Below, in pieces: positions 1-9,808 of a stretch of DNA of 64,000 bases. A program made the translations under genes and the position numbers. Below the pieces are notes generated by a model. The model saw nothing but the letters and a program-made list of their open reading frames with translations, was not told where the DNA came from and searched no databases. Positions within the stretch are counted from its first letter, which is position 1; each line of letters starts with the position of its first letter. Source of the DNA: Sphingomonadales bacterium (lineage in GTDB: Bacteria; Pseudomonadota; Alphaproteobacteria; CAZZKF01); contig JBHHWG010000004.1 in NCBI GenBank assembly GCA_046756385.1, positions 5,938 through 69,937 on the forward strand, read 5' to 3'.

Positions 1-418
1 CGACTGGGTCGCGGGCGGCGTCACCTGTGACGACTCGCTGGAAATCGCCCGGGCCTTCGCCGACGCCGGGGTCGACATCATCGACGTCTCGGCCGGCCAG
101 ACCAGCGTCAGGGCCGAGCCGGTTTACGGGCGCATGTTCCAGACCCCGTTCTCCGACCGCATCCGCAACGAGGCCGGGCTGGCCACCATGGCGGTCGGTA
201 ATATTTTCGAGATCGATCACGTCAACAGCATCATCGCCTCGGGCCGGGCGGATTTGTGCTGCATGGCGCGGCCGCATCTGAGTGACCCCTACTGGACCCT
301 GCACGCCGCGGCCCAGCAACATTATGACGGCGTCCCGTGGCCCAGGCAGTATCTCTCCGGCAAAGAGCAATATGAACGCAATCTGGAGCGCGCGGCGGAA
401 ATGGCGATAAACATATGA
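1..418 (+). CDS. NADH:flavin oxidoreductase (Old Yellow Enzyme / 2,4-dienoyl-CoA reductase-like), C-terminal part; the 5' end lies outside the window
   Basis: Frame 2 is open from position 2 and reads [36 protein letters not shown]...[12 protein letters not shown]. This is the typical C-terminal TIM-barrel end of OYE-family reductases. ATGA overlap with the next gene. Confidence 0.7.
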   Translation, partial: DWVAGGVTCDDSLEIARAFADAGVDIIDVSAGQTSVRAEPVYGRMFQTPFSDRIRNEAGLATMAVGNIFEIDHVNSIIASGRADLCCMARPHLSDPYWTLHAAAQQHYDGVPWPRQYLSGKEQYERNLERAAEMAINI

Positions 419-1188
419 CGGCACAAACCGACTTTTCCGGCCGCCATGCGGTGGTCACCGGCGGCGCCACCGGCATCGGCGCGGCCATTGCGGACCGGCT
501 CGCGGCGGCAGGCGCGCGCGTCACCGTAATGGGACGAACCTGGGAGCGGCTCAGGGACAAGGCGGGCTCACTCCCCGGCGCCCAGGCCATTGTCGCCGAT
601 GTAACCGACGAAGCGTCGGTGAGGCAGGCATTCGACAGCGCCCGCGAAAATTTCGGGCCGGTTTCGATATTGATCAATAATGCCGGCGCCGCGCCGTCCA
701 CGGCGTTCACCAAGACCACGCTCGAATTCTGGCGCTCGGCGCTCGATGTCAATCTCACCGGCGTGTTCCTGTGCAGCCGCGCGGCCGTCCCCGACATGAT
801 CGAGGCCGGTTCGGGCCGCATCGTCAATATCGCCAGCATCGCCGGGCTTCAGGGCTTTGCCTATGTGACCGCCTATTGCGCCGCGAAGCACGGCGCGGTT
901 GGACTGACCCGGGCCATGGCGATGGAATTCGCGACCAGGGGAATAACCGTGAACGCGGTATGTCCCGGCTTTACCGAGACCGACATCGTGACGAAAGCCA
1001 TCGACGGCATCGTCGCCAAGACCGGGCGAACGCCGGAGCAGACCCGCGCCGAGCTCACCAAACATAATCCCCAGGGCCGGCTGATCGAAGTCGACGAAGT
1101 GGCGTCTCTGACCTTGTGGCTGTGCTCACACGACGCCCGATCGGTAACCGGCCAGGCGCTGGCGATCGCGGGCGGGGAGGTCATGTGA
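415..1188 (+). CDS. Short-chain dehydrogenase/reductase (SDR, 3-oxoacyl-ACP reductase-like)
   Basis: 257 aa. TGGATGIG Rossmann motif, NNAG motif, YxxxK catalytic dyad (YCAAKHG). Translationally coupled to its neighbours. Confidence 0.85.
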   Translation: MTAQTDFSGRHAVVTGGATGIGAAIADRLAAAGARVTVMGRTWERLRDKAGSLPGAQAIVADVTDEASVRQAFDSARENFGPVSILINNAGAAPSTAFTKTTLEFWRSALDVNLTGVFLCSRAAVPDMIEAGSGRIVNIASIAGLQGFAYVTAYCAAKHGAVGLTRAMAMEFATRGITVNAVCPGFTETDIVTKAIDGIVAKTGRTPEQTRAELTKHNPQGRLIEVDEVASLTLWLCSHDARSVTGQALAIAGGEVM

Positions 1189-1691
1189 TGGAAGCGGCGG
1201 GTTCGGCTGTTGACGGCAGGCAGGCCGGGGCCGTTGATGGAAAAGACGCGCTCCGTCTGTGGCTCAGGCTTTTGACTTGCACCAATCTGATCGAGAGCCG
1301 AATCCGGACCCTGCTGCGCACCCGGTTCGACACAACGCTGCCGCGTTTCGACATGCTGGCCGCCCTCGACCGGGCGCCCCGCGGCCTCACCATGGGCGAG
1401 CTGTCGCACCGCCTGCTGGTATCCCAGGGCAATGTGACCAATGTCGCCCGGCGGCTGGAGGCGGATGGGCTGATCATCAAAGTCCCCTCGCCCGCTGACC
1501 GGCGCAGTCAGATTGTCAGCCTGACCGATCGAGGCCGCGAATGGTTCGCCAGCCTGGCCCGGCAGCACGAGATATGGCTCGCGGACATGTTTCAAAGTCT
1601 CGAGGCCGACGATATCGAAAGTCTGACACAAGCGATCGCCACGGCCCGGCAAGCGGTCGAGAACAGTGTCAAACCAGGAGAAAGCGGATGA
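1188..1691 (+). CDS. MarR-family transcriptional regulator
   Basis: Winged-helix region: [63 protein letters not shown]. The start was chosen at the ATG overlapping the SDR stop (TGATG). Confidence 0.75.
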   Translation: MEAAGSAVDGRQAGAVDGKDALRLWLRLLTCTNLIESRIRTLLRTRFDTTLPRFDMLAALDRAPRGLTMGELSHRLLVSQGNVTNVARRLEADGLIIKVPSPADRRSQIVSLTDRGREWFASLARQHEIWLADMFQSLEADDIESLTQAIATARQAVENSVKPGESG

Positions 1692-2497
1692 ATATGGCGG
1701 ACTACAAGGCCGAGCATTTCCTGTGGCGGGTCGACGGCGCGGTCGCCACCATCACCCTCAACCGGCCGGAGCGCAAGAACCCGCTGACGTTCGAATGCTA
1801 TGCGGAACTGCGTGACCTGTTTCGCCAGCTTGGCCATGCGGACGATATTCATGCCGTGGTCATCACTGGCGCGGCGGGTAATTTCTGCGCCGGCGGCGAC
1901 GTGCATGAGATTATCGGTCCTCTGACCGGGATGGATATGAAAGGGCTTCTCCGCTTCACCCGCATGACCGGTGATCTGGTCAAGGCGATGCGCGCCTGCC
2001 CGCAGCCCATCATCGCCGCCGTCGACGGGGTGTGCGTGGGCGCCGGTGCGATTATCGCCATGGCCTCGGACTTGCGCCTGGCGACGCCGCAATCCAGAAC
2101 CGCTTTTCTGTTCAACCGGGTGGGCCTCGCCGGCTGCGACATGGGCGCCTGCGCGATTCTGCCGCGCATCATCGGTCAGGGCCGGGCGTCGGAACTGCTG
2201 CTCACCGGACGCGCAATGAGCGGTGAGGAAGGAGAACGCTGGGGCTTCTTCAACCGTTTGTGCGACGCCGACGACGTTCTGACGGAGGCTCAGGACCTGG
2301 CGGCCCGGATCGCCGCCGGCCCCAGCTTCGCCAACGGCATCACCAAAACCCAGCTCAATCAGGAATGGGCCATGAGCCTTGAAGCCGCGATCGAGGCCGA
2401 GGCTCAGGCCCAGGCGATTTGCATGCGCACCCGGGATTTCGAGCGCGCCTACCATGCATTCGTAAACAAGGAAAAACCAGTTTTCGAGGGCGACTGA
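1688..2497 (+). CDS. Enoyl-CoA hydratase/isomerase (crotonase family)
   Basis: [12 protein letters not shown] and [15 protein letters not shown] motifs. ATGA overlap with the MarR gene. Confidence 0.85.
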   Translation: MNMADYKAEHFLWRVDGAVATITLNRPERKNPLTFECYAELRDLFRQLGHADDIHAVVITGAAGNFCAGGDVHEIIGPLTGMDMKGLLRFTRMTGDLVKAMRACPQPIIAAVDGVCVGAGAIIAMASDLRLATPQSRTAFLFNRVGLAGCDMGACAILPRIIGQGRASELLLTGRAMSGEEGERWGFFNRLCDADDVLTEAQDLAARIAAGPSFANGITKTQLNQEWAMSLEAAIEAEAQAQAICMRTRDFERAYHAFVNKEKPVFEGD

Positions 2498-3684
2498 TGG
2501 CCGATAGAAGCTTTCTCGACTGGCCGTTTTTTGACGATGCGCACCGCGCATTGGCGAAGGAGATCGACCTCTGGGCGGCACGGGAAATCGGGCTGAGTTC
2601 CCACCACAATGCCGACATCGACGGCGCGTGCAAACGATTAGTCTCGAAACTGGGCGAGAGCGGCTGGCTCCGCGCCTGCGTGCCGGCAAGCCATGGCGGC
2701 TTGACCGGGACACTGGATGTGCGCTCCCTGTGCCTGATCCGCGAAACCCTGGCCCGTTATTCGGGCCTCGCCGATTTTTCGTTCGCCATGCAGGGCCTCG
2801 GAAGTGGTCCGATAACGCTTGCCGGAAGCAATGCACTAAAGGACGAATATCTGCCCGATGTAAGGGACGGCAAAAAAATCGCGGCCTTCGCGCTTTCGGA
2901 ACCGAACGCCGGTTCCGACGTGGCGGCGATCGCCACCACGGCCGAAATCGATGGCGAAACCGATGGCGATGATTATGTGCTCAACGGCGAAAAAACCTGG
3001 ACATCGAACGGCGGCATCGCCGATTTCTATTGTGTGTTCGCACGCACCGGCAGGGGGGCGGGGGCTCGGGGCCTCAGCGCTTTCGTGGTCGACGCCGATA
3101 CGCCGGGGCTCGAAATCGTCGAGCGGATCGACGTTATCGCGCCGCACCCGCTGGCCCGGATCAGGTTCACCGGCTGCCGGGCGCCCAGGTCAAGGATGCT
3201 GGGACAGCCGGGACAAGGATTCAGGATCGCCATGACGACCCTGGACATATTCCGCTCGACCGTGGCGGCGGCGGCCTTGGGTTTTGCCCGCCGCGCGCTC
3301 GACGAAGCGCTGGCACGGATTGACGAGCGCGAGGCGTTTGGCCGCAAGCTCGCCGACTTCCAGCTCACCAAGGCCAAGATCGCGGACATGGCGACCGGCG
3401 TGGACGCCAGCGCCCTGCTGGTCTACCGCGCCGCCTGGACCCGCGACCGCAAGGCCGACCGCGTGACCCGCGAGGCCTCAATGGCTAAAATGCATGCCAC
3501 CGAGACCGCCCAACAGGTGATCGACCATGCGGTCCAACTGTTTGGCGGCCAGGGGGTGGTGTCGGGGGTCAAGGTCGAAGAGCTGTACCGCGGGATACGG
3601 GCGCTTCGGATTTACGAAGGAACGACCGAGATCAACAAGCTGGTGATCGCCGATCAGACCATGCGCGGTTTCACCCCCCGCTGA
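2497..3684 (+). CDS. Acyl-CoA dehydrogenase
   Basis: 395 aa. [29 protein letters not shown] and the C-terminal [13 protein letters not shown] motif are typical of ACADs. Confidence 0.85.
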   Translation: MADRSFLDWPFFDDAHRALAKEIDLWAAREIGLSSHHNADIDGACKRLVSKLGESGWLRACVPASHGGLTGTLDVRSLCLIRETLARYSGLADFSFAMQGLGSGPITLAGSNALKDEYLPDVRDGKKIAAFALSEPNAGSDVAAIATTAEIDGETDGDDYVLNGEKTWTSNGGIADFYCVFARTGRGAGARGLSAFVVDADTPGLEIVERIDVIAPHPLARIRFTGCRAPRSRMLGQPGQGFRIAMTTLDIFRSTVAAAALGFARRALDEALARIDEREAFGRKLADFQLTKAKIADMATGVDASALLVYRAAWTRDRKADRVTREASMAKMHATETAQQVIDHAVQLFGGQGVVSGVKVEELYRGIRALRIYEGTTEINKLVIADQTMRGFTPR

Positions 3685-3756
3685 GGAGGCGACCCGGACG
3701 AGCCGCGCGGCCCTTGCCAGGTGCAATCCCCACACATTGGAGGAAGCAGTAAAACG

Positions 3757-4188
3757 ATGGGCGTATTTTCCACCGACATACCGATCCGCTTCGCCGACTG
3801 CGACCTGGCTGGCGTCATGTTCTATCCCCGTTTGATCGAACGGATCCAGCAGGTGGTCGAGCGGTGGTTCGACCAGGGCCTGGGGCTCGATTTCCACCAG
3901 GTTCATGTGGTCAATGGCTGGGGCCTGCCCACGGTCGATCTGCACTGCGAATTCGTTCATCCAAGCCGCCTTGGCGACGTGCTGTCATTCACCCTGTGGT
4001 TGGAAAAAATCGGGCGCACCTCGTTCATCGTCCGTATCGAAGCCAGATGCGGCGGCGAAATGCGGGCCAAGGCGCGGCTTGTGATGGTCATGCGCTCGTT
4101 CTATCGGCCTGAAAACACCGAAATTCCGACCGACCTGCGCACCGCGATGGGAAAATTCCTGAACCCACCGGGACCTGAGCAGGCTTGA
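3757..4188 (+). CDS. Hotdog-fold acyl-CoA thioesterase (4HBT/YbgC-like)
   Basis: FADCDLAGVMFYPRLIERIQQVVERWF matches the 4HBT-family active-site region. GGAGGAAG ribosome-binding site before the ATG at 3757. Confidence 0.65.
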   Translation: MGVFSTDIPIRFADCDLAGVMFYPRLIERIQQVVERWFDQGLGLDFHQVHVVNGWGLPTVDLHCEFVHPSRLGDVLSFTLWLEKIGRTSFIVRIEARCGGEMRAKARLVMVMRSFYRPENTEIPTDLRTAMGKFLNPPGPEQA

Positions 4189-4249
4189 GGTCGCGGATTA
4201 TGTTAGGGTGAGACGTTGCCATACGAGACCTGTGTCAAGGGAAGCCGCG

Positions 4250-5791
4250 GTGAACATTTCAGATTGGATTGCAAAGTGGGCCGACTTTACGCCGCGAAAG
4301 ACGGCAATCCGTTTCGAAGGCAAGGAAATCAGCTATGGCGAATTATCCGCGAACATCGCGCGGCTGGCCGCCGGGCTGAAAAACAGGCTGGGCGTGGCCC
4401 CCGGCGACCGGATCGCCCATCTGGGGTATAACAGCCCGGAAATGCTGATTTTGCTCTTCGCCTGCGCGCGACTGGGGGCGATGCTGGCGCCGCTCAACTG
4501 GCGGCTCGCCGCGCCTGAGCACCGATACATTTTACGCCAATCCGGCGCCAGATGCCTGTTCGCAGACCGCTCGTTCCAGGGTCATGTCGCCGCATTGAAT
4601 GAAGACGGCCGGGACATCGCGTTGATTTGTGTCGATGCCGCCGCGCCCGATGCCGGATGGACCGATTTCGCAACCCTGGCCAGGGAGAGCGCGCACGATA
4701 CGCCCGTCAATGTTATCAGCGATAATTCGCCGCTGCTGATCGTTTACACCTCGGGCACGACCGGAAAGCCCAAGGGCGCGGTGCTGACCCAGAACGCATT
4801 ATTGTGGAACGCGATCAACAGCATGCTCGCCCACGATCTGCGGAGCAGCGATCACATTCTGACCACCCTGCCGATGTTTCATGTTGGCGGCCTGAACATT
4901 CTGACCACGCCCGCCTTGCATGCCGGAGCGACGGTGACACTGCATCGCAAATTCGATGCGGCGGCCACATTGCGCGAAATAGCCAAATCCCGGCCAACGC
5001 TTACCGTGATGGTGCCCGCGCAGATGCAGGCCGCCAGCAGTCATCCCGAGTGGGGCGAGACCGACTTGAAGAGCCTGCGAATGTTGACCACCGGCTCCTC
5101 CATCGTGCCCAAACCGGTGATCGCTCCCTGGCATGATCGTGGCATACCCGTGGTTCAGGTTTACGGCTCCACCGAGACCGCGCCGATCGCCATTCATCAA
5201 CGAGCCGACGACGCCATGACCACGGCGGGCTCGACCGGCAAGCCGGCGGTTCATTGCGAGGTCCGGCTCATCGACAAGCAAGGCAACGACGTCGCGACCG
5301 GACAATGCGGCGAAATTCTTGTGCGCGGGCGCAATGTGATGGTCGAATATTGGGGCGATCGGGAAGCCACCGCCGAAGCCTTGCGCGGCGGCTGGCATTA
5401 TACAGGGGACATCGGCTACCGGGACGAAGACGGCAATTATCACGTTGTCGACCGGAAGAAGGACATGATCGTGTCGGGCGGCGAAAACATCTACCCGGCC
5501 GAGCTGGAAGCGGTGCTTTACGAACACCCGGACATTGCCGAAGCGGCTGTCGTCGGGCGCGCCGATCGAAACTGGGGCGAGGTCGCGGTGGCGGTCATCG
5601 GCTTGCGCGCGGGACGCCGGCTCGCCAAGCCGGAAGTCCTGGCCTTGTTCGACGACCGACTGGCGCGGTTCAAGCACCCCAAGGACGTCATTTTCGTGAA
5701 GAAGTTACCCCGAAACGCCATGGGAAAGATCCTCAAGTTCAAGACCCGCCAGATGCTGACAGGACGAGGAAAAGACAAATGCCATTCATGA
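4250..5791 (+). CDS. AMP-dependent acyl-CoA synthetase/ligase
   Basis: AMP-binding motif YTSGTTGKPKG, then GSTE and GWHYTGDIGYRDEDGNYHVVDRKKDMI, and a C-terminal LPRNAMGKILK. The start is uncertain: GTG 4250 or ATG 4208. Confidence 0.8.
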   Translation: MNISDWIAKWADFTPRKTAIRFEGKEISYGELSANIARLAAGLKNRLGVAPGDRIAHLGYNSPEMLILLFACARLGAMLAPLNWRLAAPEHRYILRQSGARCLFADRSFQGHVAALNEDGRDIALICVDAAAPDAGWTDFATLARESAHDTPVNVISDNSPLLIVYTSGTTGKPKGAVLTQNALLWNAINSMLAHDLRSSDHILTTLPMFHVGGLNILTTPALHAGATVTLHRKFDAAATLREIAKSRPTLTVMVPAQMQAASSHPEWGETDLKSLRMLTTGSSIVPKPVIAPWHDRGIPVVQVYGSTETAPIAIHQRADDAMTTAGSTGKPAVHCEVRLIDKQGNDVATGQCGEILVRGRNVMVEYWGDREATAEALRGGWHYTGDIGYRDEDGNYHVVDRKKDMIVSGGENIYPAELEAVLYEHPDIAEAAVVGRADRNWGEVAVAVIGLRAGRRLAKPEVLALFDDRLARFKHPKDVIFVKKLPRNAMGKILKFKTRQMLTGRGKDKCHS

Positions 5792-6336
5792 ATTTCCTGC
5801 CGGAGGATGCAACCCAGCTCCATCTGTTTGAGAAATATCCGGAAAGCTCGAAACTGATTCTCGAATTCACCGAGGTTCTTTTGCGCGGGCCGTCGCCATT
5901 TACGGTGGCCGAGCGGGAGCTTATCGGGGCCTTTACGTCGAATCTGAATGGCTGCCAATTTTGCTTCGGCGTCCACGCTGCCGCCGCCGAGCATTTCGGC
6001 GTCGACCCGGCGCTGCTGGAAAGCCTGCTTGAAGACATCGAAACCGCGGCAATCGACGACAAGCTTAAGCCGATCCTGCGCTATGTCCGCAAGCTTACCC
6101 TCGACCCGACCAGAATGACCCAGGCCGATGCCGACGCGATCCTCGATGCCGGCTGGGACGAAGACGCCTTCCACCACGTGGTGTCGGTCTGTGCGCTGTT
6201 CAATTACTATAATCGCGTCATCAACGGCCACGGCATCAAGGGTTCGCCGGTTTACCTCGAGGAATGCGGCAAGCGACTCGCAAGCTCCGGATATGCCAGC
6301 ATCATGGATATGCTCAAGAACACAATGGACCGATAA
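5779..6336 (+). CDS. Carboxymuconolactone decarboxylase-family (AhpD-like) protein
   Basis: 185 aa. NGCQFCFGVH is the CxxC..H AhpD/CMD-fold motif. Overlaps the end of the ligase gene. Confidence 0.65.
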   Translation: MPFMNFLPEDATQLHLFEKYPESSKLILEFTEVLLRGPSPFTVAERELIGAFTSNLNGCQFCFGVHAAAAEHFGVDPALLESLLEDIETAAIDDKLKPILRYVRKLTLDPTRMTQADADAILDAGWDEDAFHHVVSVCALFNYYNRVINGHGIKGSPVYLEECGKRLASSGYASIMDMLKNTMDR

Positions 6337-6667
6337 CAGGCCATGGAGCACATCTGCGCATTGGCTTTGGACAGGCATTGCGGAAATGTAAATTCGAGTC
6401 GCCGCGCCCGGCGCTGAGAGGGTCGGTTTCACTGCTCAGAGCCGCCCCCAAAAGCGCTGTTTAGAACGGTTATTCGTTACCCTGTAACTCCCTTTGTTTC
6501 TTACCTTTCACGAAACCCCCGTCGAAAAAGCGACAGCCCAGGCGGGCCCGCGCCGCCAGCCGTTCGACGATTGTTTGCTCCTGAATCCTTGCTGACTTAA
6601 AATAGCGAATGGGCAGGGTTGAGATGCTTTTCTTCCCCAGACTGGTTGTCGTTGAAGGAGACCCGCT

Positions 6668-6940
6668 ATGCAGGAAAACACTTCAATCGAATCCGAGCAC
6701 CGGTCGGCATTGCTCCAAGTCGATTGGGATGAAGTGCAAGAACCCGGTTGCTATGTTGAGCAAGGTAGCGGTGACCTCTTCCGCATTCCCAAAGAGGCCC
6801 TGATTTCCGGCGCCTCCCCGTTGATCGTCAAGGAGAGCCGTGGAGCGTCGCGTCTGTTCCAAGTAAGCAAAGACCCCTATGTCACGACCCTGAAGGCGCG
6901 GATCATTTGCGCCCAGCATAACATCGACCCCAACTTCTAA
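6668..6940 (+). CDS. Small 90-aa protein, paralog A; candidate RiPP / QhpC-like precursor
   Basis: AAGGAG ribosome-binding site 8 nt upstream. 90 aa. Tandem paralog of 7070..7342 with about 60% identity. Shared motifs: SIESEH, VDW, PGC, GSGDL.RIPKEAL, KESRGASRLF, C.HNI.PNF. Sits in a local GC dip. Confidence 0.55.
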   Translation: MQENTSIESEHRSALLQVDWDEVQEPGCYVEQGSGDLFRIPKEALISGASPLIVKESRGASRLFQVSKDPYVTTLKARIICAQHNIDPNF

Positions 6941-7069
6941 AGTTCGATCAATCCTCGATCCTGCCCATTTTTGCAGGGTGCCACGGGTGCAACCGAATAA
7001 GTTTTACTCCTTGGGTAGCGGCACTGATACGCGTCGGTTTAGGGTTGTGGCCGCCGAAAGATATCCGCA

Positions 7070-7342
7070 ATGAAGGAGAAAAGTTCGATCGAATCTGAAC
7101 ATTGTACGCCTCTGACCCAAGTTGACTGGCAAGACATACGTAAACCCGGTTGCTCCGTTGAGCTTGGCTCCGGTGACCTCTGCCGCATTCCGAAAGAGGC
7201 CCTTGGCCGTAACCTTTCACCGGTGATCACAAAGGAAAGCCGGGGGGCGTCGCGTCTGTTCCGGGTCAGCGAGGACCCCCATGTTATAACGCTTAAAGTG
7301 CGATTTGTTTGCGCCAGGCACAATATCAAGCCAAATTTCTAG
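7070..7342 (+). CDS. Small 90-aa protein, paralog B; candidate RiPP / QhpC-like precursor
   Basis: Same length and collinear with paralog A. Conserved Trp20, Cys28, Cys80 and a conserved C-terminal HNI(D/K)PNF. Convergent with the protease / ABC / rSAM operon. Confidence 0.55.
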   Translation: MKEKSSIESEHCTPLTQVDWQDIRKPGCSVELGSGDLCRIPKEALGRNLSPVITKESRGASRLFRVSEDPHVITLKVRFVCARHNIKPNF

Positions 7343-7407
7343 AGCGGCCCCCCACATTTCCTGCTGTTGCGCGCCCGGCCCGGCGCAATATTTCCGTTAA
7401 GGTTTGT

Positions 7408-8091
7408 TCAAATCGCGCGTCGTTCCGGCCCGTGATACCTGGCCCTGGAGCGAAGAAAATCCGCCGCCAATATTGACGCGCCGCCGTCGTCCAGATAGGC
7501 CGCCAGTTTCCCTGTAACATGGGCGGTGGCGAAACTGGAACCGCCGACGCGACGATCCCCAACCTCCTTCATGCCGCGTGGGCAGGCGCCGTATTCGGCC
7601 TGACTGGTCGCCAGATGGGAAATCTCGTCAGCCGCGCAGCGGGCATCCCCGCTGACGCTGATCACCCCGTCATAGGCGGAGGGATATATCTGTGTTCCCC
7701 GCGCGGGGCTTGCGGCCACCAGTATGATCCCTTCGCCCATTGCCCGCTGGCAAATCTCGCGCACCAAAACGCGGTCTTCGCGCAGGCCGAAGCTCATATT
7801 AATCATTGCGGCGCCTCGTCGGACCAGCCAGTCGAAGCCCTCCGCCACCAGCCGGGGGGTGGCCACTGGTTTGTCGTCAAATATTCGGGCGTTGAGAAGC
7901 CGGGCCCGCGGCGCGTGTCGCCAGATCACCTGGGCAAGCAAGCTGCCGTGCCGGATGGCGTCGGCCGTGTCCGGCCCCACGACCACCTTGCCCTCAGGGC
8001 CGACCTTAAATTGGCGAGCGGCGGCGACACGCGCCCTTTGGCCGCCATCCACCCCGCTGTCGAGCAGGCCAACCAGGACGCCGCTACTCAC
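7408..8091 (-). CDS. Minimal subtilisin-like serine protease (peptidase S8), QhpE-like
   Basis: 227 aa. The catalytic triad is in the canonical S8 order: GLLDSGVD (Asp), HGS (His), GSSFATAHVTG (Ser). Only about 230 aa, which is the size of leader-peptidase-type S8 enzymes. Confidence 0.75.
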   Translation of the reverse strand: MSSGVLVGLLDSGVDGGQRARVAAARQFKVGPEGKVVVGPDTADAIRHGSLLAQVIWRHAPRARLLNARIFDDKPVATPRLVAEGFDWLVRRGAAMINMSFGLREDRVLVREICQRAMGEGIILVAASPARGTQIYPSAYDGVISVSGDARCAADEISHLATSQAEYGACPRGMKEVGDRRVGGSSFATAHVTGKLAAYLDDGGASILAADFLRSRARYHGPERRAI

Positions 8092-9802
8092 CCGCCGCCC
8101 CCAACGCCGCCGGAGCCCGATCAGGCCACGCGATCAGTTTTCCGTCATAAAGTTCCAGCACCTGATCGGTATCGGCAATGAGTGTCTCACGATGACCGAT
8201 GAGGATGCGGGTCCGATCCGCGAACAGCCGGTCGATTTGATCGATCAATTGCGCTTCCGTTTCCCGATCGATGCCGGTCGTCGCTTCATCGAGGACCAGA
8301 ACCAGTGGATCCTGCAAGATCGCCCGCGCCATCGCCAGGCGCTGACGCTGCCCCCCCGAAAGTTGTGCGCCACGCTCGCCGGCCGAAGTGTCATATCCGT
8401 CCGGCAACGTGCGAATAAACCCGTCGATTCGGGCCCGTGCGGCCGCATCGATAATTTCCGCCCGGGTGGCGCCCGGCCGGGCGTAGCGAATATTGTCCGC
8501 AATGGTGCTCCTGAACAGCACAGTGTCCTGAGCAACCACCGCAATCGCGCGGCGCAAGGCCCCAATGTCGAGCGTCTTAAGATCGATGCCGTCGAGCAGG
8601 ATGCGGCCGACATCAGGATCGTAATGGCGGTGCAGCAGATCCGTCATTGTCGACTTCCCGACGCCCGACCGGCCGACGATCGCGACCTTCGCCGCGCCCG
8701 GTATTTCCAGACTGGCGTGATCGAGAACTGCCCGGTCGCGGCCGGGGCGGAAGAATGTTACGCATTCGAAACGAATGGCGCCTTTTGCCTTGTCCGGCAA
8801 GGATGCCGGGTGCGCCGGCGAACATATCACAGGCCGCTGACACGCCAGTTCCATGACCCGGCTCAGACTGACCCGGGCCCGTTGGCTCGCGACATAGAGA
8901 CCGAGGAAAGTCCGTATCGGCCCCGCCGCCCGTCCCATATAGACCGAAAACGCAATCAAAGTGCCGATCGTTATCCGTTCGTCCGCAACCAGGTAGCCGC
9001 CGGTGACAAAAACCAGCGCGATCGCCAGGGTCATCAGCACCCCGGGCGCCGCGCCGGCCAAATAGTTCGTGATTTGCAGGCGTAGCTGATCGGACAAATA
9101 ATCGCTGTGCAACCCGGCGAGACGCCGCGCCTCGCGCTCCCCGGCGCCAACCGCCTGCACGAATTTCATTGCCCCCAGCGTCTCGACCAGAAATCCGGTG
9201 ATGTCGCCGGCCCGCTCCCGCGCGGCTCGGGTCAACCGCTGGATACGCGGACGCATGGTCCGCAAATAAGCGACCTGGAGCGGTAGCAGGACGAAGGCGA
9301 TCAATGTGAGCAGTGGGCTCATCCACAGCATAACCGCCAGACTGCCGACAAGCGCAAGGACGCCATTGACCACGGCAAGCAGCGAATCGGTCGAGAACCG
9401 TTGAATTTCGGCAATATCGCCATCGAGCCGGGTCATGATATCGCCGGTACCGCGCGTGGCGTGGAAATCGGGACTAAGGCTCGTCAATTGACGGTAAACC
9501 TGCTCGCGCATGGCGAATAGAATCCGGCCCGAAAGTGCGGTGTAGAGCCAACGGTTCAGACCGCCGGCCGCCGCCGAAAGCACCGCCGCCGCGACCAGAA
9601 TTCCGCACAGCCACGACACCACGGCCATGTCGCGCTCGATCAAGCCGTCGTCAATCAGCAGCTTGGTAAGATACGGCTGCACCAGCGCCAAACCGGTGGC
9701 GACAATCGACAGCGACAGAACCTGAACCAGGGCGCGACCTTGCGGCCGGACAAAACCGAGCGCCCAGCGGATTGCCGCCTGTTGATCGGCGCCCGGCCTC
9801 AA
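8084..9802 (-). CDS. Fused ABC transporter permease/ATPase (type I exporter), QhpF-like
   Basis: 572 aa. N-terminal 6-TM region. Walker A GRSGVGKST, ABC signature LSGGQRQR, Walker B LVLDEAT. Confidence 0.85.
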   Translation of the reverse strand: MRPGADQQAAIRWALGFVRPQGRALVQVLSLSIVATGLALVQPYLTKLLIDDGLIERDMAVVSWLCGILVAAAVLSAAAGGLNRWLYTALSGRILFAMREQVYRQLTSLSPDFHATRGTGDIMTRLDGDIAEIQRFSTDSLLAVVNGVLALVGSLAVMLWMSPLLTLIAFVLLPLQVAYLRTMRPRIQRLTRAARERAGDITGFLVETLGAMKFVQAVGAGEREARRLAGLHSDYLSDQLRLQITNYLAGAAPGVLMTLAIALVFVTGGYLVADERITIGTLIAFSVYMGRAAGPIRTFLGLYVASQRARVSLSRVMELACQRPVICSPAHPASLPDKAKGAIRFECVTFFRPGRDRAVLDHASLEIPGAAKVAIVGRSGVGKSTMTDLLHRHYDPDVGRILLDGIDLKTLDIGALRRAIAVVAQDTVLFRSTIADNIRYARPGATRAEIIDAAARARIDGFIRTLPDGYDTSAGERGAQLSGGQRQRLAMARAILQDPLVLVLDEATTGIDRETEAQLIDQIDRLFADRTRILIGHRETLIADTDQVLELYDGKLIAWPDRAPAALGAAGE

Positions 9803-9808
9803 GGCGCC

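Noticed and set aside
1592-2836. 414-aa ORF on the minus strand spanning the enoyl-CoA hydratase and acyl-CoA dehydrogenase genes
   Set aside because: It is antisense to two well-supported genes with clear family motifs. Its Arg/Gly/Pro-rich low-complexity translation is typical of spurious open frames in high-GC DNA. The same applies to 231..839(-), 873..1652(-), 4799..5677(-) and 5518..6432(-).
7724-9085. 453-aa plus-strand ORF overlapping the S8 protease and ABC exporter genes
   Set aside because: Antisense to genes with Walker / ABC-signature and subtilase motifs. Arg/Pro-rich composition and no motifs. High-GC artefact.
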